NCBI GenBank assembly: GCA_965219095.1
Contig: CBDCMT010000001.1
Coordinates: 960,001 to 1,024,000, forward strand
Source of the DNA: Bdellovibrionales bacterium
Lineage (GTDB): Bacteria > Bdellovibrionota > Bdellovibrionia > Bdellovibrionales > UBA1609
Direction of reading: 5' to 3'
Length of the DNA stretch: 64,000 nucleotides
Shown: positions 1 through 9,279 of the stretch, one piece after another
Layout of the letters: the number at the start of each line of letters is the position of its first letter
Position numbering within the stretch: the stretch's first letter is position 1
Translations under genes and position numbers: made by a program
Notes under the pieces: model-generated
The model's input: the letters and a program-made list of their open reading frames with translations, nothing else
The model's database searches: none
Told to the model about the DNA's origin: nothing

Positions 1-99
1 CTCAAACAAATAAAACTTCCTAAATCTCTTAAGGACAGTATTTTGAATAAGAGTAATTACAAAGATGATAAAGTTACAGTCGAGATCATCCATCATTAA
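1..99 (+). CDS. 3' end of an unknown CDS running in from the left edge
   Basis: Frame 1 is open from base 1 to TAA at 97-99 (LKQIKLPKSL...VEIIHH*). Confidence 0.3.
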   Translation, partial: LKQIKLPKSLKDSILNKSNYKDDKVTVEIIHH

Positions 100-188
100 A
101 GAAATAAATATATCTTATTACAATGCTTTATCTAAAGGAGATAGAAACAAAAGAACAAAAAAATAAATTCGAGAGGCATTAAAAGTAG

Positions 189-803
189 GGAACCCTTTTA
201 GGCTTTAGTCCCTTTATAGCTAGTGCTCAAACTTGCAAAACTTTAGCAAGACAACCTGAGGGTCCTTTTTATCCAGAACATCCTCAAGAAGATACAGACA
301 ATGACTTAACTCAAGTTTTAGGTCAAAACGGGAATGCTTTAGGCAAAGTTATTAAAATTTCCGGCCAAGTTTTAAGCCAGGATTGTGAGCCTATAAAAGG
401 AGTTTTAGTGGAAATTTGGCAAGCTAATACCTTTGGTCGCTACAACCATGAAAGAGATTCCAATCCCAAGCCCCTAGATCCAAACTTTCAATACTGGGGA
501 AAGGCTCTCACTGACGAACAAGGACATTATAGATTCCAGACTAGGCTCTCACTTAAGCCGGGGGCCTACCCTGCCGGAGGTGACTGGATTCGCCCACCAC
601 ACATTCACTGGAAAATACAAAAAAGAGGCTACCAAGAACTTACCATCCAGACTTACTTTTCTGATGAAGCAGAACTGAATAAAAAAGATCGCATATTAAG
701 GAGCCTTCCTTTAGCAGAACAAGCTAAAGTAGTGATTGATTTTAAAGAGAGTCTCAATATAAAAGAAGGTGTTTTTAATATTCATCTTAAAGGTTTAATA
801 TAA
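189..803 (+). pseudogene. Intradiol ring-cleavage dioxygenase (protocatechuate 3,4-dioxygenase beta-like) with a disrupted 5' end
   Basis: The frame of ORF 408..803 is open upstream through QPEGPFYP...DNDLT...VEIWQAN..GRY and contains PGAYP..W.RPPHIH. An in-frame TAG at 186-188 and no start codon suggest a frameshift in the signal-peptide region (real or sequencing error). Confidence 0.75.
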
Positions 804-904
804 TAAATAATAAGGTTTAGATTTTCATGTATGTTCCTTAGAGGTGCTAACCTGAAAATTTAACCCAAAAATAATCATTATAAAAAAAGAAAGGAGAAAA
901 AAAC

Positions 905-1180
905 ATGAAAATAAATAAGAATAAAATCAGTAAACTTTTTGGAGTGTTGGTTGTCGGAGGGGCCATGATAGCTTATGCAAATGACCCTGCTCCTACAGAA
1001 AAAGAAGAGGACTGTGAATTAGAAGTTACACTCAATAATGCATATGATTTTGAGCGTATGGTCCCTAAAAAATACACTACATGTATAGATGACAAGAGTG
1101 ATGAAGAAATTCTTTCTATTATTAAAGAGAAAAAAAAAGCTGCCTGCTACACCCCTCATTGCGGTTGTTGGTTGGGGTGA
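905..1180 (+). CDS. Small secreted Cys-containing protein ending in ACYTPHCGCWLG
   Basis: AAGGAG RBS; N-terminal signal peptide (basic, hydrophobic, AYA); 5 Cys; stop overlaps the next ATG (TGATG, 1178-1182). Confidence 0.75.
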   Translation: MKINKNKISKLFGVLVVGGAMIAYANDPAPTEKEEDCELEVTLNNAYDFERMVPKKYTTCIDDKSDEEILSIIKEKKKAACYTPHCGCWLG

Positions 1181-1905
1181 TGAAAAAAGGCTATCTAAAA
1201 ATGATTGCTTCGACTTGGGCTCAAAGGGCCCAAGCCGAGCTTAGTGCAGAAGCAAGGTTTAAATTATTAGCAGAAGAACTAACAGATCTAGGTGCAAAAC
1301 AAGAAGTCATTATTTTAACAAAAAAAGCAAAACAAGAGGAGAAAAAGCATGCTCAAATATGCTCTCAAGTTGCTTGTAGCTATGGACATCCCACTGGTTT
1401 TGAATCTTTTTCAGAGCAAAAAACAATAAAAAAAAGCTGGAATCAAAGAATGGTTCCAGAAGAACGTTTATTATGCGAAACCACACTTATGTGCTGTATA
1501 ACAGAGACCATAAATGCAAGCCTTCTTAACTCCATATACATTGCTTCTAAAAATACTTCAACAAGTAAAGTCATTCGAACTATATTAAAAGATGAAGTAA
1601 AACACAGTCAAATAGGATGGGCTCATCTTAGCTCAGAGACACAAAAAAGAAACTGCCAATTTTTAAGTCATTACCTTCGTGAAATGTTAGAAATTTCTGT
1701 GAAAGATGAATTGTTTTTACCAATTTTAGAAGAGAAAGAAGATGAAGGTTTCTTTCATTATGGTGTAATGCCGTTTGCTCTTCGGTTGCAGCAATTTAAA
1801 GATACACTAAATGAAGTTGTGTTTCCTGGATTTGAAAAATTTGGAATTAAAACGTCTCAGGCTAAGAAATGGCTAAAAGAAAAGACTTTGCCACACAGTT
1901 TCTGA
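1180..1905 (+). CDS. Ferritin-like diiron-carboxylate domain protein
   Basis: Four-helix ligand pattern E (QAELSA), ExxH (EEKKH), E (CITET), ExxH (DEVKH); ATG at 1180 is coupled to the upstream stop. Confidence 0.75.
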   Translation: MKKGYLKMIASTWAQRAQAELSAEARFKLLAEELTDLGAKQEVIILTKKAKQEEKKHAQICSQVACSYGHPTGFESFSEQKTIKKSWNQRMVPEERLLCETTLMCCITETINASLLNSIYIASKNTSTSKVIRTILKDEVKHSQIGWAHLSSETQKRNCQFLSHYLREMLEISVKDELFLPILEEKEDEGFFHYGVMPFALRLQQFKDTLNEVVFPGFEKFGIKTSQAKKWLKEKTLPHSF

Positions 1906-2298
1906 AACTTATGAAAACTCTGAAGATAGCCCAGGATCAACTTATTATTGATAAACATGTATAAACAAATATAGTCTGTTTTTAGGCAAGTAGAGACAGT
2001 CTTAATAAGAAACTTTATCTTGAAGCTCTTCTTATTTCATCTAAAAAAGGTTCTTTGATCACTTGGTTCCAAAACTTATACAATAAGAACTCTTTACATA
2101 AATTTCGTAGGAGGTAGCTCAAAAACCTTCTCTTGCCATGTGCATTGCTCCATTAAACGTCAAAAATTCTCGTACTTTGAAGCTTTTAAATAATTTCACC
2201 ATTCCATAATTTTTGCAAAAAAACTTTCCAAGGTAAAATGTTAATTTTTTCTGAAGTGATCCTCTCTTCTTTATCCAAGGAAGTAGCAAAATATTTTT

Positions 2299-3816
2299 GG
2301 CTCCTCTCGGGAATCTGTGGGTGAAAAGTAGTAGAAATCCCCCAAAAAGGCTCATATTAATCAAAGCAAGAGTAAGACATTCTATCTTGTATTTTTGAGT
2401 TCTTTGAGGCCTTACTGGCCTCTATCACCTCCGGTGATTGAACTCAAAAACATTCATTTTATTTGCTTTTATTTGTTGTGTTACATTAAAATTTTAAAAA
2501 AGAAGCACCTACTTCCCAGATGCCTTAAAATGTTATTCAAAAAAAAAAAAAGGAGGGAAGAGATGCTTTTGAAGACTATACTAAATGATTGTTTAAGATG
2601 GAAGTCTTTTGTATACGGAGACATTTATTTTTCAAAAGATAGAAAGTCAATTAATGTTCCTATTAAGGCTCGTAAAAATGGCCAAGCTTTTTGTAGTGTT
2701 TGTAAGAAGCCCTGTTCAGTGTATGACAGCAGTAAATCATCACGGGACTTTGAATCCCTTCCTATTTTAAGTTACAGGGTGTTTTTTGTTTATTTTGTAA
2801 GAAGAGTTAATTGTCCTTGCTGTGGGGTAAAAGTTGAGTATTTACCTTGGGCCGATGGTAAGAAGAGTTTAACGATCTTTTACATGAAGTATTTAGCAGA
2901 CTGGTGTCGTCACCTGTCTTGGAAAGAGGTTTCTTGTAAGTTTCATGTCAGTTGGAATCAGGTCTATGCTTCGGTAGAATGGGTCGTAGAATATGGTTTA
3001 AAACAAAGGGTTTTAAAGTGAATACAAGCTATAGGTGTAGATGAAATACAATGGAAAAAGAACCATCAGTATCTCACCTTAGTCTATGAAATAAGCAAAG
3101 AAAGTGTTCGTTTGCTATGGATAGGAGAAAAAAGAACAGAAAAGAGTTTTAGAAAATTCTTTGATTTACTAGGAGAGAAGTCAAAAGATATACGGTTTGT
3201 GTGTTCTGATATGTGGAAGCCTTATTTAAAAGTCATAAAGGAGAGGGCAAGTGGAGCTTTACACATATTAGATCGGTTTCATATCGTAGCAAGACTCAAT
3301 AAGGCTTTAGACGAAGTGAGAGCTTCAGAACACAAAAAAATGAAAGAAGACGGGTATGAACCCCTTTTAACAAAAGCTAGATGGCCCTTGTTAAAAAATG
3401 CAGAAAATTTAAAATCTTATGAAAAAGTAAAATTAAGGCATTTAATACAGTACAATTTAAAAAGTATCCGCTGTTATTTTTTAAAAGAAGACTTCCGACA
3501 GTTATGGACCTATGTTTCACCAACTTGGGCTGGTAAATTTATAGACAGTTGGACGAGACGAGTCATGCTTTCAAAAATTGAACCTATGAAAAGAGAAGCA
3601 AAAACCATACGAAGACATAAGCTACTTATTCTTAATTACTTCAAGGCTAAAAAAACCTTCTCCTCAGGGATTGTAGAGGGTTTAAACAACAAAGTAAAAC
3701 TCACTATGAGAAAATCTTACGGCTTTAGAACCTCTAAAGCTATAAAAATCGCCTTATATCATAACCTTGGAAAACTGCCAGAACCTCCGGAAACCCACAG
3801 ATTCTTTTGAGGAGGC
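2299..3816 (+). mobile_element. ISL3-family IS, copy 1 (inactivated)
   Basis: Imperfect 24-bp TIRs ggctcctctcgggaatctgtgggt / acccacagattcttttgaggaggc; near-identical to 56099..57621; flanks share no TSD. Confidence 0.92.
2563..3810 (+). pseudogene. ISL3 transposase with a nonsense mutation
   Basis: CxxC zinc finger, GVDE, SDMW, DRFH, EGLNNK motifs; TGA at 3019-3021 where copy 2 has GGA. Confidence 0.9.
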
Positions 3817-4051
3817 CAAAACTTAAAAAAGCTAAAAGTTGCTAAAAAATTGGGATCAAAAGTTGCCTTTAATAATGCAGGAGTCCTACTTTTTTCAAAA
3901 GACCTGGAAGATATTTATCTTCATACAAAAGTATCATGTGTGCTTTTTAAGGGGACAGAAAAAATTAAAGTTCTCGATAGAAAGATTTTTAATAAAGATA
4001 TTTTGAGTAGTGTTGAAGAAGCTCTTGTATTTCTAGAAAAACATTTGCGGT

Positions 4052-5446
4052 GAGGATGTCCCATTTCTCGGTGGAATTAGTTAGAGGGCGATTTCATGTT
4101 TAAGCGACCTTTCTTTGTTTTGCAACCATTTTTTCTAAGTTTTCTTTAAAGTTTTTTAAATACATAAAGCCTCTGATTCGTTTAAATCTTTTCTCAGCAT
4201 CAAAGAGAGTAACAGCAGCCCAACGACTCACTTGGTCTGCTCCTCTTTTCCAGTTCTTAACTCTCCCTGTTCTATACCTTGTGTAGGAAAACATGGACTC
4301 TATAGGATTTGTAGACAGTAAAGTCTTTTTTAAGGAGGGGGTAGCTTTAAGACGAATCACAGTCAAAGTCTCCTTACAAGCTTCTTCAAGAGATTCTAAA
4401 GCTGAATGGTTGATCTGTTTCAACCAACAAACTAACTCCTCATGCTCTTTCAAAGCCGATTCATAATCTACTGAACCATGAAGTCTTTTCCAACGAATGC
4501 GAAACTCTTGATGTCTTTCTTTTGGCAAATAATTGAGGATATTTCTTTCTTTGTGACGAATGCAACGTTGAACAACAGACTTTTTTCCCCAAACTGCCTT
4601 GATAGCCTTCCTTAGAGCTTTAGAACCATCAATAACAAAAAGATAGCCCTTATCTGAATCCATACCTCTAGAAACAAGGTTCTCTAAAAGATCTTTTGTC
4701 AGCTCGCAATTTTCTGTAGTTCCTTCTCGTAACCCTATAATGTGCTTTTTGCCCGTCACGTCGATACCTAAAGCAACCACCACTGTACGATCTCCAAAGC
4801 CTACTCCATCTATCATGACTGAAACAAACTCATGCTTAGACAAGTCCTTAGAGCTTATCTCATCTAAAGCCTTCTTAGAGGAATTTACAAAAGCTCTAGA
4901 AACAGAACTCTTCTTAACTCCTGTGCCACCAGAGATCTCCTCTAAAAGAGGATCGTAGTCCCTTGTTGAAACTCCATGGAGAAGGTGGTTCTGAATCTTT
5001 TCAGTGAAAACATCGTAGTTTCTCAAAGCAGAGTATGTTCGCAGTTTGACATCTTTTCCGTCTTTTTTAACTCTGGGCTTTCGAATCGAAACTCTTTGTC
5101 CTTGAGCATAAACAGACCCAGGATCGCTTCCATTTCGCATGCATTCTTCCTCTCGATCGTATAGTGGACCACAGAGCTTAGTGACTTCGTCATTAAATAT
5201 CCAGTAGATTACGTCAAGAATTCTATGCTTCATATAGTTATGAACAGCATCTTGAATCTCCTTGTGATCCGATAGTTCTTGAATTGATATTTTTTCTTTT
5301 GTATTCTTCATTTTGGACTCCTTTTGTTTAATTTTTAATTCATTCTAAATATTTATTAAATCCTAGGTGGACTTAAAAATCCACCAGGGAGTCCTCTTAT
5401 CTGCTCCATTTTTGAACAGAATTCCACCGAGAAATGGGACATCCTC
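4052..5446 (-). mobile_element. IS256-family IS, intact
   Basis: Perfect 27-bp TIR gaggatgtcccatttctcggtggaatt; 8-bp TSD tttgcggt. Confidence 0.95.
4100..5311 (-). CDS. IS256 (Mutator-type) transposase
   Basis: GVSTRD, MIDG, IDGSKAL, QRC..HK.RN, STNPIES motifs. Confidence 0.93.
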   Translation of the reverse strand: MKNTKEKISIQELSDHKEIQDAVHNYMKHRILDVIYWIFNDEVTKLCGPLYDREEECMRNGSDPGSVYAQGQRVSIRKPRVKKDGKDVKLRTYSALRNYDVFTEKIQNHLLHGVSTRDYDPLLEEISGGTGVKKSSVSRAFVNSSKKALDEISSKDLSKHEFVSVMIDGVGFGDRTVVVALGIDVTGKKHIIGLREGTTENCELTKDLLENLVSRGMDSDKGYLFVIDGSKALRKAIKAVWGKKSVVQRCIRHKERNILNYLPKERHQEFRIRWKRLHGSVDYESALKEHEELVCWLKQINHSALESLEEACKETLTVIRLKATPSLKKTLLSTNPIESMFSYTRYRTGRVKNWKRGADQVSRWAAVTLFDAEKRFKRIRGFMYLKNFKENLEKMVAKQRKVA

Positions 5447-5843
5447 TTTGCGGTTGGAATATAGAATTATTTCTGGAAAAATTCGGAGGGAGGAAATTTT
5501 AGAGATCCCTGAAAAAGCTCTGAGAGAAGCACTTATTAATGCAGTAACCCATAGAGATTATTGGAGCAAAGGTCATATCTCTGTTGAAATCTATGATGAT
5601 AGAGTAGAAATTACCAATTTGGGAGGGCTTCCTAAAGGCTTAGATAAAAAAGATTTTGGTGAAATAAGTGTGCCCCGAAATTTGCTCATCGCCGGGTTAA
5701 TGCAAAAAGCAGGGTATATTGAAGATGTAGGAATGGGAATTAAGAAAATGAGAGCTTTAGTAAAAAAAGCAGGGCTCCCGTCTATTCGATTTAAGTTTGG
5801 TAACTTTTTTACCATTATATTTCCTCGAAAGTCTCTTTATGAA

Positions 5844-5930
5844 AATGTCCCTAATAAAATGCCCAAAAATGTCCCTAATAAAATGCCCAAAAATGTCCCT
5901 AATAAAATGCCCAAAAATGTCCCTAATAAA
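5844..5930 (+). repeat. 24-bp coding tandem repeat (NVPNKMPK) x3.6
   Basis: aatgtccctaataaaatgcccaaa repeated exactly, in the linker before the C-terminal HTH. Confidence 0.95.
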
Positions 5931-6171
5931 GCCTTTGATCAATTGGATGCAAAAGGGGGAAGATTGCATAAGCTGTTAAAAATGCTAGAAAATATAGATT
6001 TTGGCACATTCTCTCCCATTGATTTTGCCAATAAACAGAGTTCTACCTTAAAGACAGTTAAAAGAGATTTGAGATTTTTAAAGGAAAAAGGCTTTATCTC
6101 TGTAAAGGGAAAAACCAAAGCTGCACAATACAAAGTCACCGAAAAATACAAAAAGCTAAAAAAGAAGCTCT

Positions 6172-6436
6172 AATACCATTTCCAAAAATTAATTCGACAT
6201 TTTTTTTAACGCATAGCGTCCTGGCTTTTTAATCAAACTCTGCTACATTTTTAGAGTGTCGTCGAAAAAAGATTTAGTTACACAGATTCAAGGGTATGAT
6301 TTTCTAGCTACTTACAAAGTGGAAAGAAGTGCCAACATCAAGATAAAACTTCAAGCTTTGCACCATATGCAAAAAGGAAAATCGATTCAAGAAACAGCAG
6401 GTATAGTTTTGTATCACCGTCACAGTATCAAATCCT
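6172..6436 (+). mobile_element. 5' fragment of an IS630-like element, cut by IS1634
   Basis: TA-ataccatttcc end; HTH-type N-terminus (KIKLQAL..MQKGKSIQETA, 6256-6436); decayed relatives at 8364-8520 (-) and 14020-14210 (+). Confidence 0.55.
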
Positions 6437-8363
6437 CCTGACTTCGACACAACACACTGCAACAAGTGAATAATTTCAAATAGTTACAATTTTTGGGGCC
6501 ACAGGAAAGGGTTTTTTAAAGGTCGACAGATGTTGTGGGAATGAGGCTCATAGAAGAGTTTCTTTTAAGCGAAAAAGCACTATAAATTTCTTCTACTTCC
6601 TTTGTACAACCTGAGGGAAGGCGATAAAGTTTTTTCGTCTTTTTTTCTTCTAAAATACTGTACTGATCTCTTTTTAAGATCTTTCTCATTCTTTCAAAGC
6701 TTAAATTAAGTCCTGCTTGTTTGAGTTTATAAACCATTGTGTAAGAGATCGCATAGGCTAAAAAACAAATGGCAATGTGAGTTTCTATTCTTCTTTTTTT
6801 CCAATGATAAACAGGCCTCATTTTTAACGTCGTCTTATTCACTCTAAAAGCCTCTTCTATTCTCCAAAGACTTCTGTAACGACTTAAAAGCTCACTGGCT
6901 GTCTTGTTTTGAACATTTGTTATAATTCCATGAAGACCGTCCCACAAAGCTTCTTTTTCCATTTTCTCCTCATCTATGGTCACTTTCACATCGTCAACTT
7001 TAATAAAACGTTTGGTTCCATGATTGGAGATCAACTGACTCACAGGAATCTCCTTGTTTCTTACTTTCTTCATCAAACGATTGATCAAACGCTCTCTTTG
7101 ATTTTGATCTCTTTTGGCTCTTTTGTTTGAATAACTGACTATCAATCTTTTTCCTTCATGCTCTAGCTCTTTCACCCAAAAAAGATGAGACGTATCACAA
7201 GCCACTTGGGTGGGCTTATAGTTTTTATAACTTAAAACCTCTTCTTTTTTCTTGCTAGAAAGGGATTTTAACTTTGCAGCCACAACATACTCTATCCCCA
7301 TCTTATCCATAGTCTCTAAATTCTTTCTTACAAACATAGCTCTATCAGCTACTAAAACAGCTCTTCTTACATTAAAACGAGTCTTTAGCTTATTTATAGA
7401 CTCTACCAGTGTAGCCCCCTCACTTGTATTGCCCGGAAAAAGTTCATAGCTTATAGGATGCCCTTGTGAGTTTGTCATAAGTGCCAAAACAACCTGTGTC
7501 TCTTTAAATTTACAATCTTTACTAAAACCAAACCTGCGAATCTCATCCTCTGAAAAGCTCTCAAAATACAAGCTCCTCACATCATAAAGCAAAACATCCA
7601 CCTCATGGTTAAACAAAGACAAGGTGTTCTCAGATACCTTTTTCTTCGAGGTCTCAATAAAAGGATAAAAACGATCCATAGCCCTATAAACTTTCTCTAA
7701 AGGAATCTGTCGGTTAAAATCTTCAAAAAGTGTTTCTACACTACCTCTTTTTGATTCTGGATTAAAAACTCTTGATAAAACACAGTGCTTTAAAAAATCA
7801 TTCCACTCTAAATCTTTCTTTGTACCCTCAATCAAATTTACAAAACCTAACTCAGCATAAAGCTCATTAAAAACTTTCTCAATACCACAAACAACACGCT
7901 TTTTCTCCTCTAAAATACTGCCTGAAAACTGGAAATCTTTCTCACTCTTTTTTTTCTTCTCTTTCTTCTTCTCCTTAGGCCTTCTACCATAAACTAGCTT
8001 CTCACAACCTGAAAGCACAGGATTTCTTTGATTCTTAATGTCTATGATCAACTCTTCTGCTAACTTCTTAGCTTTTTTAACTTCCTTATCACTTGCAAAA
8101 ATACCCATAGAACGAATGGTCTTTTGTACACACTTCCCCTTAAGCCAAACAGACTCTACAATCCGTACACTTTTTTTACCCTTAGACTTTGATGTTACTT
8201 TTACAAACATTCTTTAAAAAGGCTAAACAACTTTTGCAAACTTGTAAAATGGGCCGGGGCCACAGAAACAACCTAAAACCTGTGTATAACTCCTTCAACT
8301 AAAAACTAGAGGCAAAAGAACGGAAATATTTTTTTTAACTCACTGTGTTGTGTCGAAGTCAGG
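6437..8363 (-). mobile_element. IS1634-family IS
   Basis: 20-bp TIR cctgacttcgacacaacaca; no matching TSD. Confidence 0.92.
6516..8210 (-). CDS. IS1634 transposase
   Basis: YDV.SLYFES, GFSKD, FPGN, VADRAM, W.IEEAFR..K..L..RP.YHW motifs. Confidence 0.92.
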   Translation of the reverse strand: MFVKVTSKSKGKKSVRIVESVWLKGKCVQKTIRSMGIFASDKEVKKAKKLAEELIIDIKNQRNPVLSGCEKLVYGRRPKEKKKEKKKKSEKDFQFSGSILEEKKRVVCGIEKVFNELYAELGFVNLIEGTKKDLEWNDFLKHCVLSRVFNPESKRGSVETLFEDFNRQIPLEKVYRAMDRFYPFIETSKKKVSENTLSLFNHEVDVLLYDVRSLYFESFSEDEIRRFGFSKDCKFKETQVVLALMTNSQGHPISYELFPGNTSEGATLVESINKLKTRFNVRRAVLVADRAMFVRKNLETMDKMGIEYVVAAKLKSLSSKKKEEVLSYKNYKPTQVACDTSHLFWVKELEHEGKRLIVSYSNKRAKRDQNQRERLINRLMKKVRNKEIPVSQLISNHGTKRFIKVDDVKVTIDEEKMEKEALWDGLHGIITNVQNKTASELLSRYRSLWRIEEAFRVNKTTLKMRPVYHWKKRRIETHIAICFLAYAISYTMVYKLKQAGLNLSFERMRKILKRDQYSILEEKKTKKLYRLPSGCTKEVEEIYSAFSLKRNSSMSLIPTTSVDL

Positions 8364-8838
8364 TGAGAGAGTCAATAATTTCATCTTGATATCGGATTCC
8401 TCCACTTTGTAAGTAGCTAGAAAATCATATGCTCTTCAATCTGTGTAACTAATTTTTTTTCGAAATCATTCCTAGAATTAATATGGCTTGATGAAAAAGT
8501 TTGAACATTACACATTAAAAATATCAAGTTGATTTTTTAGGTTTGTTGTAGTTTAAAAAAATTACAAAAAAAGAAAAAGCTATGGACATAAAAAATTCTC
8601 TAGAGACAGGCTTACTTAAATTTTTACCCAAAGGTATACACTAGGATTTTTAGCGTTGTATAAGATGTGTTTTTAAAATTGCCTCCTCAAAAGAATTATA
8701 TTTTTTATAGATGGAATCCATAATTTATTGAGATGCTCGGGTAACATTAGAGTTTGAATTTTTTTATCCTTCCATTTTGGATTACCTTTTGAGTTGTTAT
8801 CTGGTTTAGGAAGATCAAAATTGGGATTCAATCCAGAC
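8364..8838 (-). repeat. About 475-bp inverted duplicate of 13699..14173
   Basis: Reverse-complement match with few substitutions; carries a DUF4011-like fragment, a solo ISL3 end (8681-8696) and an IS630-like remnant. Confidence 0.9.
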
Positions 8839-9279
8839 GATAAGACTAGAAAAATACCAGAAGGAGAGGCTGTAGAAGAAGGGCTTTGTTGAATCATCTT
8901 TTTTGAATCCCATTTATTTTAAAATGTCTGTCAAAAAATATGTCAAATCGAAATAAATGCTATTTGAGAGTTGATTCAACAAAATAGTAAAAATTACAAC
9001 TTGAATGGTTTTTATTTGAATTTTTTATGCAGTACATTACTATGTTTTGAAGCAATTACTTGAAAGGTATGACTATCTGGAAGCAGAGCTCTCTTGGACT
9101 TAATATCAATCATCTATTGACAGAGCATCAGTAGCTTTATAAGATATTGCTTTACCTAAAGGTAAGAAAAAGCTTTGATTTCCCCTAAAAAAGCTTAATC
9201 GTCATGGGTTTGAAAGTATCCCATTGCTATCTTCTCATCATTTCCATTCCCGTTGTACTATTCTGGCCATTAGATACTT

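Larger units (their letters stand above)
3817..6173 (+). pseudogene. ATP-binding / RecG-C-terminal-like (HATPase_c_4 + HTH) protein, 5' truncated by ISL3 and split by IS256
   Basis: The frame joins across the IS256 TSD (...LEKHLR|LEYRII...); NNAGVLLF, ALREALINAVTHRDY, EIYDDRVEITNLGGLP, RN.LIA motifs. Confidence 0.8.

Noticed and set aside
2119..2364. ORFs 2119..2364 and 55742..56164 sharing an MINMS..GGFLLLFTHRFP N-terminus
   Set aside because: Both are read-outs from the ISL3 left end into flanking DNA, not a gene family
2395..2562. N-terminal extension and poly-A tract (13 vs 16 A) of the ISL3 transposase as phase variation
   Set aside because: The tract lies upstream of the RBS and likely ATG (2563/56368); the length difference may be slippage or sequencing error
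5367..5446. ORF 5367..6173 as an intact gene, and likewise 50590..51786
   Set aside because: Their N-termini come from IS256 and ISL3-scar sequence; both are chimeric readings of truncated genes
5844..5930. 24-bp tandem repeat as CRISPR or iterons
   Set aside because: No spacers; in-frame linker repeat typical of this protein type
8839..9279. Possible decayed gene
   Set aside because: Multiple stops in the frames examined and no recognisable motif
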